Of a stretch of DNA of 64,000 nt, positions 13,778-26,397 are shown piece by piece. Positions within the stretch are counted from its first letter, which is position 1. The number at the start of each line of letters is the position of its first letter. Both the position numbers and the translations under genes were made by a program. This stretch comes from Felis catus. Lineage: Eukaryota. The stretch lies in NCBI RefSeq assembly GCF_018350175.1, contig NC_058368.1:210926001-210990000 (forward strand), written 5' to 3'. The notes beneath the pieces are model-generated. The model worked only from the letters and a program-made list of their open reading frames with translations, did not search any database and was not told where the DNA came from.

Positions 13778-14260
13778 GATCCTGACTGATGTTAGGATTG
13801 TCCCTTCGTCAAGTTTTCATGGCAGCTTTCTCTGTGTGGGAGTGGCAGACGGAGGGAGGACAGATGATGCAGCACCAGGTTCTACGTCCCTACGGAGGGG
13901 AACCCAGCCTCGTTGTCACATGTAAAGCCTCCAATCAGCCATCACCCCTGAATGTGGTCTGTTTTCTCTCACTGAGTGCCAGCTCCTTTCTTAGAGCTGT
14001 CAGAACGCACTTATGCCCGAACGACAGGTCTTCTGTGCTAAAGATAAGTGGGATGAGATGGTTGTCGTGGTGGGTAGTTTGAGTCAGAAGAAAAGTAGAT
14101 CGGGTACCACGCTCTAGTCTAGGATGATTTGAATCAGACTCATCTGATGAAGAGTACAATCAGGGAAAGATATTTTGCAAAAGAAAACACTAAGAGATGC
14201 ACACATACACCCCAATCAGCATTGTTTTAATTTTAAATTCTTTAATTTCCAGCGAAGTAA

Positions 14261-14496
14261 TTTTATTTTTTTAATGTTTGTTTGTTTGTTTGTTTGTTTG
14301 TTTAGAGAAAGAGTGCACGAGCCGGGAAGAGGCAGAGAGAGAGGGAGACAGAGAATCCCAAGCAGGCTCCACGTTGCCAGTGCAGAGCCCGATGCAGGGC
14401 TTGAACCCACAAACCATGTGAGATCACCGTGAGATCATGACCTGAGTTGAGACCAAGAGTCTGGCGCTTAACCAATTGAGCCACCCAGGAGACCCC
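14261..14496 (-). mobile_element. CAN-SINE with (TTTG)n tail
   Basis: Canonical structure. Confidence 0.92.
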
Positions 14497-14657
14497 TGAA
14501 TCTAAGTAATTTTAACACACAGTGCTGTTCTGCTATATTTCAGTGGAAAGAAAACTATGAAATTGAGAGTTTGGTAAAAGTCGATGGAAATTGTAGGTTA
14601 TTTACCATTACTGACCACAGCTGTGTCAACTTTTGCTAGTTTTGAAAATAGTATCTC

Positions 14658-15143
14658 TGATGGGCAGAATTATGGTTCCCCAAAGATGTTTATGTCTCAG
14701 TTCCTGGATCCTGCGAATGTGTTGCCTTACATGGCAAAAAGAACTTTGCGAATGTGGTTAAGTCAAGGAAATTGAGATGGGAGATTATCTAGGATTCCTA
14801 GTAGACCAGATCTAATCACCTGGACCCTTAAAAGCAGAGAACTTTTTCTGGTTGTGGCAAGAGGGAGATGTAACCATGGAAGGATGATCAGAGGGAGCCA
14901 ATGTTGTTGGCTTTTAAGGTGAAGAAAGCCACAAGCCAAGGAACATGGGTAAAAGCTGGAAAAGGCAAGACAATGGATCCTCCTAGAGAGCATCTAGAAA
15001 GTACTGCAGGGTGTTGACAACTTGATTTTAGCCCCGGGAGACCAGTGTCAGACTTCTAACCTATACAATGGTAAGAATAAATTTGTGTTGTTTTAAGCCA
15101 CTAAGGTTGTAATAATTTGTTGCAGCAGCAACAGGAAACTAAC
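14658..15143 (+). mobile_element. MaLR MLT1C/D-like LTR
   Basis: ccttacatggcaaaaagaactttgc...ataaatttgtgttgttttaagccacta...gcagcaacaggaaactaa. Confidence 0.85.
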
Positions 15144-15996
15144 ATGGTACCCATTTTAGAAACAAATTATATTGTTTGTAATAGTTCTATCACTATTCCA
15201 AGTGATTGGAGACCTTTTGTACTTTTCCTTGCAGACTTACAGATCTCAGTACTATAGTAGATAGGTTATCAATATGGCATTAATGTCCTACAAGTCATAC
15301 TGACCATTATTTCAATTTTAAATATTAAAAATCCTCCTGAAAGATATCAATCCTGAACCTCATGACAACCTCTCTGTTCACAGGTTTAGTAGCACACAGA
15401 TAGTAGCTAAAATGACTTCCAATTTTTAGAAGAATCGACGGGCAACCAAGACCTCAGATTTGCACAAATGCTATGCTCCGCTCTCACTGGGAGTCTTTCC
15501 TATGCTGTTACTGGCTTGCTGCCTGAATCACTGCATTTCTGTGTCTTCAGTAAGTCTTGAAGTCCACTGAGGAAATTACAGAGAGCAGTGCATTTTCTAG
15601 AGCTAAAAACAAACCGCTAACAAAGGGGCCCATGATCCTATTAATCATATCAGAGATTGGAGAGGGATAATATTTCAATGTAATTGAAAAAAACTGCACA
15701 TAATACGTGAAGGAAAATGAAATTGCAGACCTTTTTAGCAAATAAAAAGGAAAACTGTCCAGCATCTATCAATCCAAAGAACTAAAAGCTTGAAAGAGTG
15801 ATCCAAAAACTTCCTTACTTCGCTCTTGGAGGTTGAGGGTAGAAGGAAGTCAAGGTTTCAGTAAAACCTACTCCAGGAAAAACACAAGCCAATTTAAATA
15901 AGCAATTAGAACATGTGCCCACACATCAAATGAGTGGCAGCTTCATTTGTTGTGAATCCCCATGAAGTAGATGTTTTTTAAAAATGTATTTCTCCT

Positions 15997-16210
15997 GGGA
16001 TGCCTGGGTTGCTCCGTCCGGTAAGCATCAGGCTTCAGCTCAAGTCGTGGTCTCACGGTGTGTGGGTTCAAGCCAGGCAATAGTCTCTGTGCTGACAGCG
16101 CGTAGCCTGGAGCCTGCTTCGGATTCTGTGTCTCCCTCTCTCTCTGCCCCTCCCTGGCTCATGCTCTGTCTCTCTCTCAAAGATGAATGAATAAATAAAT
16201 AAATAAAATA
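15997..16210 (+). mobile_element. CAN-SINE
   Basis: TSD aaatgtatttctcct. Confidence 0.93.
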
Positions 16211-17264
16211 CAAATGTATTTCTCCTTTACAAAGATTTTTTCTGGAAGACAGTTACTGCTAGACGGACCCTGAGATTAGCACCAGAATTATGGTAATTGA
16301 AATGTTCTGTGATGAAGGCCGTATCTTAGGACAATTTGGCATGGTGTGTTCTTTAGTATTGCTATTATAGTTATGGTAATTTAGTGAAATTTGCTTTAAA
16401 AAATTAGTTGAAAGCACATTTGAACTCAACAGGAAATGTGACAAAATAACCAGCAAGTATTTTCCCCAAAATGCGGTAACCTACAGACAGGAAAGCTTAA
16501 ATTTTTATAGCAAGTGGAAAAAAAAATTTTTTCTTGTTGAGAACACACAAGCAATTCTTTCACAATTTTATGTTGTATATTTTTTGCAAATGTGAGTTTT
16601 CCTCTATGACTTTTAGCCTACTTTTGAGTCAAAATGCATATAACATTTCTCAATACTGTCCGATAATTACACGTTTGATGGTCTGAAATCACCCTAGGAA
16701 ACTCTCAATCTTTTACTGGATAATAAGCAGCGAAGTATTTTAGAAAATTCAAGTTAAAGGTAAATACAATCCAACCAATCTAATACTCCTTATTTAGCTC
16801 TTGCTGTGCTGCTTGGCTTAATCCAAAATGCATTGTGTTGGCACACCTCGGAAAAATAGAAGGAAATAGAGGTCAGAGAATGAGCCTAGAGGTAATTAGA
16901 CTATGGCGTAGGGGACAGCAGAGAGAGCTTGCTTTGTTCGCAATAAGGTTAATTAGTAAGCTTCAGGCCCCTTGCATTTTCAGTGAAATGTGGTTGATTC
17001 AAATGTAATCACCAGATATTGGCTGCAGTTCTTATGACCCCTAAGGAAAAACCCTCCTCTTGGCCACCCTTAGCATCATACAGAGCTTGTCAGTTATATT
17101 TCCGTTCAAGAATCCACAGTTGGGCTACAGAGATGTGCAGTTATTGACAATTACACCTATGTAAATGAAGGACAAATTTCAGAAAGCATGCCCTTTGACA
17201 TTTAATAATTGCAAAGTGAACACTTTTTAAAAGAAATGTCAACACCCTTCTTTCCTGCGGCTGA

Positions 17265-17480
17265 CATGAACTGAGCACTTATTGTGTGCAAAACTGTGTT
17301 CTAAGCACTTTATAAACACTCACCTTTGTATTACTCACAACAGCACTGGGCGGTACCTATTGTCATCTCATTTTGCAGATGAGATAACTGTGGCTCAAAA
17401 TGCTTGCCCCTTGCCCAAGGTCATACAGCTAATATATGGGAGAGCCAATAGGTGTAATTCTAAACACTCTGTCTCGGTTA
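17265..17480. mobile_element. MIR
   Basis: cattttgcagatgag...ttgcccaaggtcatacagcta core. Confidence 0.75.
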
Positions 17481-17564
17481 CAACAGGAAGCCACCTCTAT
17501 AAAGTGGGTTGGAGGCTCAGTGGCCTCTCATTAACACTATATCCCTTTTTCTCAGCCACAGCGT

Positions 17565-17628
17565 TGTAATCATATATTCACAGCCAGGAAACCCACTGTA
17601 ATCATATATTCACAGCCAGGAAACCCAC
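17565..17628. repeat. Perfect 32-bp tandem duplication
   Basis: tgtaatcatatattcacagccaggaaacccac x2. Confidence 0.95.
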
Positions 17629-17789
17629 ATTAATGGTGATGTATGTGAGTTGTTGGTCTCAAAGAGCTCTTTAGTCCTTCATGTTAACGAGTATGAAGAG
17701 GGACAAACTTTCTACATGTCCTACTTTTATAGCAGCTTAGCTATGAGCAATTTGAGGGAGAAATAAGTGGAGGCTTTTCCTTTCCTTCC

Positions 17790-18050
17790 TTTATTTATCC
17801 AACAGTTCAGTAAACATTTATAGATCCTTACTGCCAGGAAATGTTCTAGGCTCTAAAGATCCAGTGGTGGCTAAGAAACACATCCTGCCCTCAGAAAGCT
17901 CAAAATCTAGCGAGGAAGTCATAGAAATAGGTAGTTTACAAAGGTATGCCATAAACGCTATGCTACATGAAACCACAATGCTTCGAGTACAGATAGGAGG
18001 TATGTCTAGCCCAGGCTGGAGGATAATAAATGTGTCCTAGAAGAGATAAA
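17790..18050. mobile_element. L2 3' fragment
   Basis: aaacatttat...tgccagg...tgttctaggc...cctgccctcagaaagctc. Confidence 0.6.
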
Positions 18051-18054
18051 ATGA

Positions 18055-18124
18055 TTTTTTTAATGTTTATTTATTTATTTTGATACAGAGAGCTCGTGCG
18101 TGTGAGCAGGGTAGGGGCAGAGAC

Positions 18125-18168
<44 letters not shown>

Positions 18169-18295
18169 ATCCCAAGCAGGCTCCGTGCTGTCAATGCAGA
18201 GCCTTACTTGGGGCTCAATCTCATGAACCATGAGATCATGACCTGAGCAGAAGTCAAGAGTTGGATGCTGAACTAACTGAGCCACCCAGGTGCCC
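18055..18295 (-). mobile_element. CAN-SINE
   Basis: TSD gataaaatgat; (GA)n. Confidence 0.93.
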
Positions 18296-18704
18296 TAAGG
18301 GATAAAATGATGTTAACTTCTGGCACTTTAAGGTACGTGGTGAAAAGAAGCAAAAATAGCAATGAACAATAATTTAAAAAATACTCAGATTTTTGGGTAC
18401 TATTACTTACATATGTTCTACAGGCATGAATAAAAACTTAAATTGCTAAAATCAACAAACAGATTGAGCTCCATGGGCTTCTCAAGAAAAGGAACTGTAT
18501 CTCATGCAAATTTGTATTGTCAGCGTCTAACACAGCACCTCGCACCCCATAAGTCTGCAGACCTGCTTACCTGCTGGAACTAAATTCCCCAAGGAATTGG
18601 GCTTGTCCTTGAACCTGACCCATGTCATCAAAATCTCTCTGGGGGAATATTAAAAACCAAGAGTTGTAAGGAACAACTGACCCAATTGATGTTTCTTGTT
18701 TCAG

Positions 18705-18938
18705 GTGAAGAAGTCTATTGTGGGATAAAATCATCATCACTTTGCAGGCTGGACAGACGTTCACAACTGAATTGCCTTTAGAATGGGATTGTGTGTTCCA
18801 CACATCTGATGTGGTACAGTTCACATGTCAGATCTGTCTTGTTAAGATCTTATAGGAAAGTTTTACAGTCTCTGAGCTGAGCATCACCTTAGAAATCAGC
18901 TGCTACCATGAGCCGTCGGTTGCCTGAGCTGCATCGAG
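18705..18938 (+). other. Candidate spliced exon (non-coding or 5'UTR/first coding)
   Basis: Branch-like ctgac at ~18677, pyrimidine tract with tttcag acceptor, consensus donor GAG|GTAAGT. Confidence 0.3.
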
Positions 18939-19409
18939 GTAAGTACTGAAATTAAGAGTAGGCACTTGGAAACGTGTACGGCCGTTTGAAAGTTATTTTA
19001 CATCTGTTGCACCTCATAAAAAACTGGGGATTAAATTGTTAAAGTCTTTTATTTTAATTTTATTTTTTGGTCATTCACTCTTATTTCATTTCACAAACTT
19101 GTCAGTTCTTCAGAAATTGGAATTTGTTGTTGTTTGTTTTTTTAATGGTCCTTGTACGGAGCGTTTGAGAATTGCCCTGGGGGTCATGCTGAGATACCTC
19201 CGGGGAAGCTGGGGGCGCGTGAAGGTAGATTAAGGGGGCCAGTATATGGAGCTGAGGGTTCTCCATCCTTCCCTTTGGAAAAGCAGCATACTATTAATCT
19301 CTTTTAAATACCGGGCATCAGGAAGATAGATGATGGTTACAATGAAAATTGCAATGATAATATTTACTTTGGAAATGAAAAAAAGAAAGTCATATGCCTG
19401 GAGTCTCTA

Positions 19410-19628
19410 TTTTTTTTTTTTTTAATTTTTATTTTTGAGAGAGAGAGACACACAGACAGAGGGAGAGTGGGGGAGGGGCAGAGAGAGAGGGAGACACAGA
19501 ATCTGAAGCAGGCTCCAGGCTCCAAGCTGTCAGCATAAAGCCCATCGCGGGGCTTGAACTCATGAATGGTGAGATCAGGACCTGAGCTGAAGTCAGACGC
19601 TTAACCGACTGAGCCACTCAGGTGCCCC
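19410..19628 (-). mobile_element. CAN-SINE
   Basis: TSD tggagtctct. Confidence 0.93.
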
Positions 19629-22439
19629 TGGAGTCTCTCTTTCTAAACAGAGGGAGAAAATATACCGCTTTATATCTTTATACTTCCCTCTGTCCCCAAC
19701 CTGTCTCCAGGGACAGAAGCACAGCCTAAAATACGTGACCAAGTTGAAGGAGAAACTGTAATTTCAAAGCTTCTGCCTGCTTTCTCTGCTGTAGGCACAC
19801 TAAGTAGTTGATCCTGGTGTAGCAGAGCATTGGCGCCCACTCTGGGTAGGGGGTAAAAAATTAAACTGATCTTCATGAGAAATGTTGGAAATCTGAAGGC
19901 TGCTGAAGGTGGCGAAAGTTCTGGGAGGGTGATTTTGAGATCAGAGCCTAGGTGAAATTCTCAGTGGCATAGAAAGGCTACAGATTTTAGAACTGTGTTA
20001 AAATACCATTTAAATCATTGCCTATGCTGCACTGTTATTATATGCAGTAATTTCCCTCCATTAGCCTGAACCTTCAGTAAAAGCTTCATCCAATTGCTTT
20101 GCATGAATGAAACTCAGGGAAAGAAAGACATGGAATGCATATGTATTATGTGGGTGTACAAAGAGGGCTACGGGTGTGGTTTCCATTCTGGGGCAAATTC
20201 ACAAGTTCACAGGGTGGCAGCGGCTGAAGCAGAGATACAGAGCAGAGACAGACTCCACAGAGATCAGAGAAGTTGATGAGAAATGTCCAGGGTCAACATG
20301 TTGCTTCTGTCTCTCCTCCAGCCAATAATCCAAACAAGATATTGTTTCTCACTGAACTTCAGATGGGGCTTCAAAACACTCATCTAGAATGTGAAAGAAG
20401 GCGTGGGATGATAATGGTGAAGGCACTGGGGAGAAGCATGCCCAACCTAGTGGCCTTACCATCATCAAGCAATTCCCATGCTCCAGGTAGAACTCTGTGT
20501 CATCTCATTTACTCTTTAAAGAGACCCTAGTGGTTGAATTCTGTAGGTACCCATTTTACAAGTTTTATTTTAGCAAAGTTAAAAAAGTGGCAACAAATTG
20601 AAAAATCACTGACCGAGTCCAAGCTTCCTTCATCTTGAGATGAGAAAACTGATGTCCAAAGACAGTAAATTAACCCCACAGCACATGACAATAGGTGTCA
20701 GAGTCAAGTCTAAAAGAAGCCTAGAATAACTGCCAGAGTTTACTTCTTGCAACAAGAGAGCATATTCCTAAAGAATTAAAGTATACACCTGGGATGTTGG
20801 TCTAAATGACAGCTGTCTTTCATATCAACCGTATCAGAAAAGTTTCTCTTTTATCTATTCACCAGGTTGGATTTCTCTTCCTCCTGCTCCTTCTTCTTTG
20901 GCTATTGTAGCCACAGAAGAAAGGTCCACTCCTTTAGCTGAATAATCCCACAAGAACACCCTGAAATGGCAAAAGTGTTAGGTAAAGGCAACATTAGATG
21001 CACGGATAATCCTTATCTAGAGACTGACTACCTCAGTGTGTGCACTTATTAGACTCTCCAGTTTTGTGACACGAGCTGCGTCTCTATCTTCCTAGTTAGG
21101 GAATTTGGTCTTGAAACTAATTGAGTTAAATTTTGTGTTCAAAGTGAAGAGGAAAGCTGGTAAGTAAACAATGCCATGTGTCAATTCAGTTGCGTAGACA
21201 ATCGATCACAACAAGTTCCCTCTCCTCAGTAGGTGTCAAGATTTCCCATATGATACCAGCACTCAGTGCCACACCCTGGCTTCATTAAGGTCTGAAAGAA
21301 ACATTCTGCTGTCATCCTGATGATTCTTGATCTCACCCAGGGAAACATTCTCTCCTTATATTTCCTAAATCATAGTTTATTTTTATATATCCAGTTGATG
21401 CATGGCTTACGTAGTTCCCTAGATGCAGAAATGATGAGTTTGAGTCTTTATTTCTTCTAGTTCACATTTGATTTACTTTTTCAATAAATAGCTTAACTTT
21501 CAATAAATAGCTTAAGTAGCATAACTGAGACCATAAAGATCATCTTCTGGAAACTGTTTGATTACCAGATGAGGAAACTGAGGCCGGTGCCTAGTGAATA
21601 GTAGGTGTTCACATTTGACAGAACAAACGGGACTTGCTGGGTCACATGGCAGAGCTGTGATGAGAAACACAGTCTTGTAGCTTCTTGATCAAGGTCTCTT
21701 CTCCCACATCACCATCTCCCTTCGGCCTATATGCATGTCTACGAGCTGTGGCCGCATCTGCTCACAAAGAGTGAAATTCCACATAGAGATGAGAGTCAGA
21801 GAAGGAGCCTTGGTTCCTAAACAATTTATACCTGTACCTCTCTCAGGGAAAGAGATGGGGATCATCTAAAAGAATGATAACTAAGCAGAAGTAGAGGGAG
21901 GTGAGAACACTTTTTCCTGAACACACACACACACACACACTCCACTTACATATACAATTAAAACACGGAAGAGATCTTTATTTCTGTAATATTATTTGAT
22001 ATTTCTGTGATTTAATATTCTGTGCATGCCTAGCATGTATAGAACAAACACTTAAGCACCATTACTTGAAGAATTCTGTGGGCAAAAGCCATAAGCCACG
22101 CAGTATCCCTGAGACTTGTAAGAGAGGAACATTTTAACAGTTTGGTTCATAATTTTAATAAGCTACTTCTGAGAGACAAGAAGAAGTCAATACTTCCGTA
22201 AGACCAGAAGCTTAAATGATGTAAAAAAAGAGAATTCAGAAGTGAAAAGGTGATGTTAAGTGCTTCACACTAGGAACAGGTGACGACCAAAACTCAGTAA
22301 AATAAAAGCAATAATTGCTTAAGTGAATCATAAAATTGTGGGAATGATGTCGCTCACTTCACACCAATGTTTTAAGGAGAAGGCCCATATGAAAATCATT
22401 CAGGGAACTTTTCCATCAAACATATATCATATATCCCCT

Positions 22440-22643
22440 GGGGCACCTGGGTGGCTCAGTCAGTTGAACATCCGAATTCAGCTCAGGTCATGATTTCACG
22501 GTTCATTGTTCAAGCCCCACATTGGGCTCTCTGCTGTCAGCACAGAGCCCGCTTTGGAATGTCTGTCCCCTCTCTCTGCCCCTCCCCCACGTGCACGTGC
22601 TCTCGCTCTCAAAAATAAATAAACATTCAAAACAAAAACAAAA
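22440..22643 (+). mobile_element. CAN-SINE
   Basis: Canonical head, CT region, A tail. Confidence 0.92.
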
Positions 22644-23249
22644 ACCATACACCCCCTGCGTCTAGTTTAGTATATGCCCACTTCTCCACCTCTATGTGTG
22701 TACTGAAAACTCCCCAGGCTGCAGTGAGAGGACCCCCAACTTCTGTTCTTGTAGTGAACATTATGGATTTAGTTAGACGCTTGGCATTAAGTGTAGCATG
22801 AAGGTAGGGAGAGCAGAGGGCTCCAGTGATTACTTTGAGGCTGGATAGCCTATGGAGAAAAAAACCTCAGATTTAACAAAGTTGCAAAGAAAACAAAGCT
22901 GAAATTTATCAGGGTTCCTTACTTGCCTGGTGGGAATGCACTGGTTAGTTCACTCATTTACTCTCTATTCATTGCACTAATGTTTACTCAGTGCTTACTA
23001 CGTGCAGTGTGTGCAATGATATCCCGCCTAGGTTTTCTCCCTAGCTTCACAGAGCTTGCATGGTAGGTCAGGCAAGATATCCCTTCAACCAGAGGAAAAT
23101 GTAGTTAAAAATTCTGACATGATATGGGAGGAAACAGTGGGTGAGAACAACGCACAGGCCCTATTTTGGTGGGAGGGCCAGGAGGAAAGATCTTTCTGAG
23201 AAACATTTAAGCCAAAGGCTCCAGGATAAATAACACTTAGCCACAGGGA

Positions 23250-23721
23250 GCAAATGCATCAGTGCCCTGTGTCTGTGCCTTCACATTCAATTTCAGTGCC
23301 AGGGCCCTGACTTCCATCTGCCAGCACCTGTGTCTCTTTCCCTGGGGGCTTTCCCGGGTAGCCCAGGTCCATCATGTCCCACCCGGCAGCAGGGAAGAGT
23401 CCTGGGGCGTTAATACCCCCACAGAGTAGGACTGAAGTAACGTCTGTTGGGAGTTGATTGAGTAAATCCCTCCACTTTCAGGCCCCTGACTGGGAGAATT
23501 CTGACATGTATGTTCCAAGCCGTTTTCCAGAGTCACCCGGTGGAAGGAAGCTCTGAGTGTCCACTCACATGGTCGCTCATTACTGCGCCCTTATCTGTTG
23601 TCTGTCCTTGCTTGCCTCAACCTCCTTGGCCCCTTACCTGTATTTCCTGGGACAACCACCCAAATATAGGAACTCAAGAACTCATCTCAGGGTTTGATTC
23701 TCAAGAACCTAAATGAAGACC
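23250..23721 (+). mobile_element. ERVL LTR16/LTR33-like LTR inside an L2
   Basis: 3' end atctcagggtttgattctcaagaacctaaatgaagac; L2-like flanks. Confidence 0.55.
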
Positions 23722-23864
23722 CCAGCTCAAGTACAGAGAGAAGGAGAGCTGGGAAGGCCCTGGGGCTGGTCATGGAGAAGGTCAGGGTAACCAGGGCACA
23801 GTGAGGGGGGGCCGTGTCCAAGTAGAAGGAGGCAGTGGCCAAATCATGCAGACTCCCATGAGCC

Positions 23865-24326
23865 CTTGTCTAGCTTTCTTTTGCTGTGGGAACAGCTTAG
23901 TGTTCATTTAGTGGCTGAAAACACTGTTATTGTCCTATATACAATTGTGGAAGCCAGAGGTGCAAAATGGGCCTCACTGAGCTAATATCAGAGCACTGGC
24001 AAGACTGTGTTCCTCTCTGGAGGCTCTAGAAGAAAAAGCCTTTCCTGCCTGCCTTCTTTGGTCATGTCTTGTTCCACCTTGCAAGCAGCAGAGGTCAGTC
24101 AGTTGAGCCGTTACACATGTCATCTCTGACTCTCTCTTCTTCCCTTTTGCACTTGCAAGGATGCTGGTCATTACATCGGGCACACCTCCCATTTTGAGGT
24201 CAGCTGATTCCCAACAGTAATACCGTCTGCAGGCTTAATTTCCCTTTGCCTGTAGTCTTGCATATCTAGTGCTCTGGGGATTAGAATTTGAACCCTTTGT
24301 CAGGGGAGCATTCTTCCTTCTACCAC
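23865..24326 (-). mobile_element. MaLR MLT1C/D-like LTR
   Basis: ttcctctctggaggctctagaagaaaa...ttcttccttctaccaca. Confidence 0.7.
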
Positions 24327-24329
24327 AAC

Positions 24330-25150
24330 CATGTAAACGAGTTTGGATTTTTCAAAGAGCTACAGGCAAATGGGAAATTTAAACTGAAGAATGATATGAT
24401 CTAATGTGTGTTCTTAAAAGATGGCTGCTGTATAATGAATCATTTAGGGAGGACAAAGGTGACAAGGGGGAGATTAACCAGGAAACTACTGCAAAAATTC
24501 AGGTAAGAAGCAGTAGGAAAGGGGCCGAGGTGGTTGTACAAGAGATAGTTGGTGGTTCAATCAATAGGATGGTTAATGACTAGATCCGAGAACAAGAGAA
24601 AGGAAGGTTTTGAAAATGATTCTGAGGTATCTTGCTTTCACATCTGGGTAAATGGAGCCGGTGATTTAACTAATGTGGGAAACACTGGTTTAGGGAAGAT
24701 AAAACATTCAAGTTTCATCAAGCTTATTGTTTTTAAGTTTATTTATTTTGCAAGAGAGAGAGAATGAGCGGGGAGGAGGGGCAGAGAGAGAGGGAGAGAG
24801 AAGATCCCAGGCAGGCTCCACACCATCAGCACAAAGCCCAACGTGGGGCTCGAACTCATGAACGGTGAGATCATGACCTGAGCCCAAATCAAGAGTTGGA
24901 CACTTAACCAAATGAGTCACCCAGGCACTCCTCATCAGGCTTATTTATAGATGCATGTGAAATATATAAATGGATATACTTAGGTGGATATATAAGTCTG
25001 GACTTCAAAAGTAAGGTCTGGATCAAGGGTATATATGTTTGAGCCACCACCATATTGATAGTAATTACAGCTGTGGGAATACATGCAATGACCGTAGGAG
25101 AGAGAAGAGCAGAGAATGGGAAAAGAATGACATCAAGCATTTAGGCATAA
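24330..25150. mobile_element. L2 fragments
   Basis: Purine-rich L2-like phrases (gaaaatgattctgaggt...tataagtctggacttca). Confidence 0.6.
24730..24931 (-). mobile_element. CAN-SINE inside an L2
   Basis: TSD tcatca(a/g)gcttatt. Confidence 0.92.
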
Positions 25151-26357
25151 GACCCCTTTCCCCTGGGCATGACTTATTTGTTCTGCTATTTGTTAGCTGT
25201 CCCCTCCTCTATTTTTACACATTGGACTTCTGTGTGGTGCTGATCAGATCTTACTCTGTACTGTATGGAGCTGGACCTTTTGTATTTTCCATTTCTTACT
25301 TCTTATGCTGGATTCTGGATACTTTTCTCAAATCTATCCAATTTCATAGCCACGCCTGTCTAATGTACTATTTAGCACACTCACTGAGTGTTTATTTTAT
25401 TTTAATGCAGTAACTATACTTTTATTTCCAGAATTTCCATTCACTTCAGAGTGATGCATTTCCTTGAGTGGGTTGTTATGTCTGTGAGATCAGCCCCAAG
25501 GAAACTGGCATTGGTGGGCAGTTCATGTGCCTGGGCTGCGAATATTTGTCTCTACAATTGTTTTTGCTCTGCCTCACCTACCTTCCGAGAGTATACCAAT
25601 TACATATTAGTTTTTATGCAAAGAGCCCAGGCTTACAAATTATTTCTCATGGGTTTCTCTTTTTCTTCCAATGCCTTCAGGACAATGGCTAGGGTGAGGG
25701 GTATTCTTCTATTGCCTTTTTCTAGTAATAGGCCAGCCATTCAGAGAATCATAGATGACTGGTTTCAGACTTGATAATTCAACGTGCCAAGGATTTGTGT
25801 CCAGAACCCTCCCCCAATGCCACTCATGAGAGATAGATGTTCCCCCAACCCCCACCAGCAGTCATTAAAGCTATATTCCAACTACTGTTCAATTCTTTCA
25901 GATTTAGCTCTGGGTAACTATGCTAACTTTGAGGTCCCTCTTTGTTTAGGGAACTCCCTGTCTTGGTTACTCTTGGCTGTGCATTCAAGAATTCTAAGAC
26001 TGGGTTCCTTGCAAATCCCTACTCCTTAAGTTATAAACATGAAAAATCATTCTTACTTTTTTAAGCAATTGCTACCAATTGCATCCTGTTCAGTGGGTAT
26101 CTATCTACCAGGAACCTTGGCAACTCCTCAATCTGAGGCTATCCCTTTTCAGTTAGTAAAATAATCTCATCTTGGCCAATTCTGAGTGTTTTCCATCATA
26201 GAAATATAATCTTACACTGTACTCAAGGCTCTCACCACCTCATAAGAGCCTACCGTGCACATCTCTTTCCCAACTCAGAGTTCAGTGATGTCTTGTTGGA
26301 ATTCCAAATTGGCCCTGACGGGATATTTATACTGTGGTGATAATCAAACACTACAAA

Positions 26358-26358
<1 letters not shown>

Positions 26359-26395
<37 letters not shown>
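26359..26395. repeat. (CA)n microsatellite
   Basis: Pure CA run. Confidence 0.95.
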
Positions 26396-26397
<2 letters not shown>

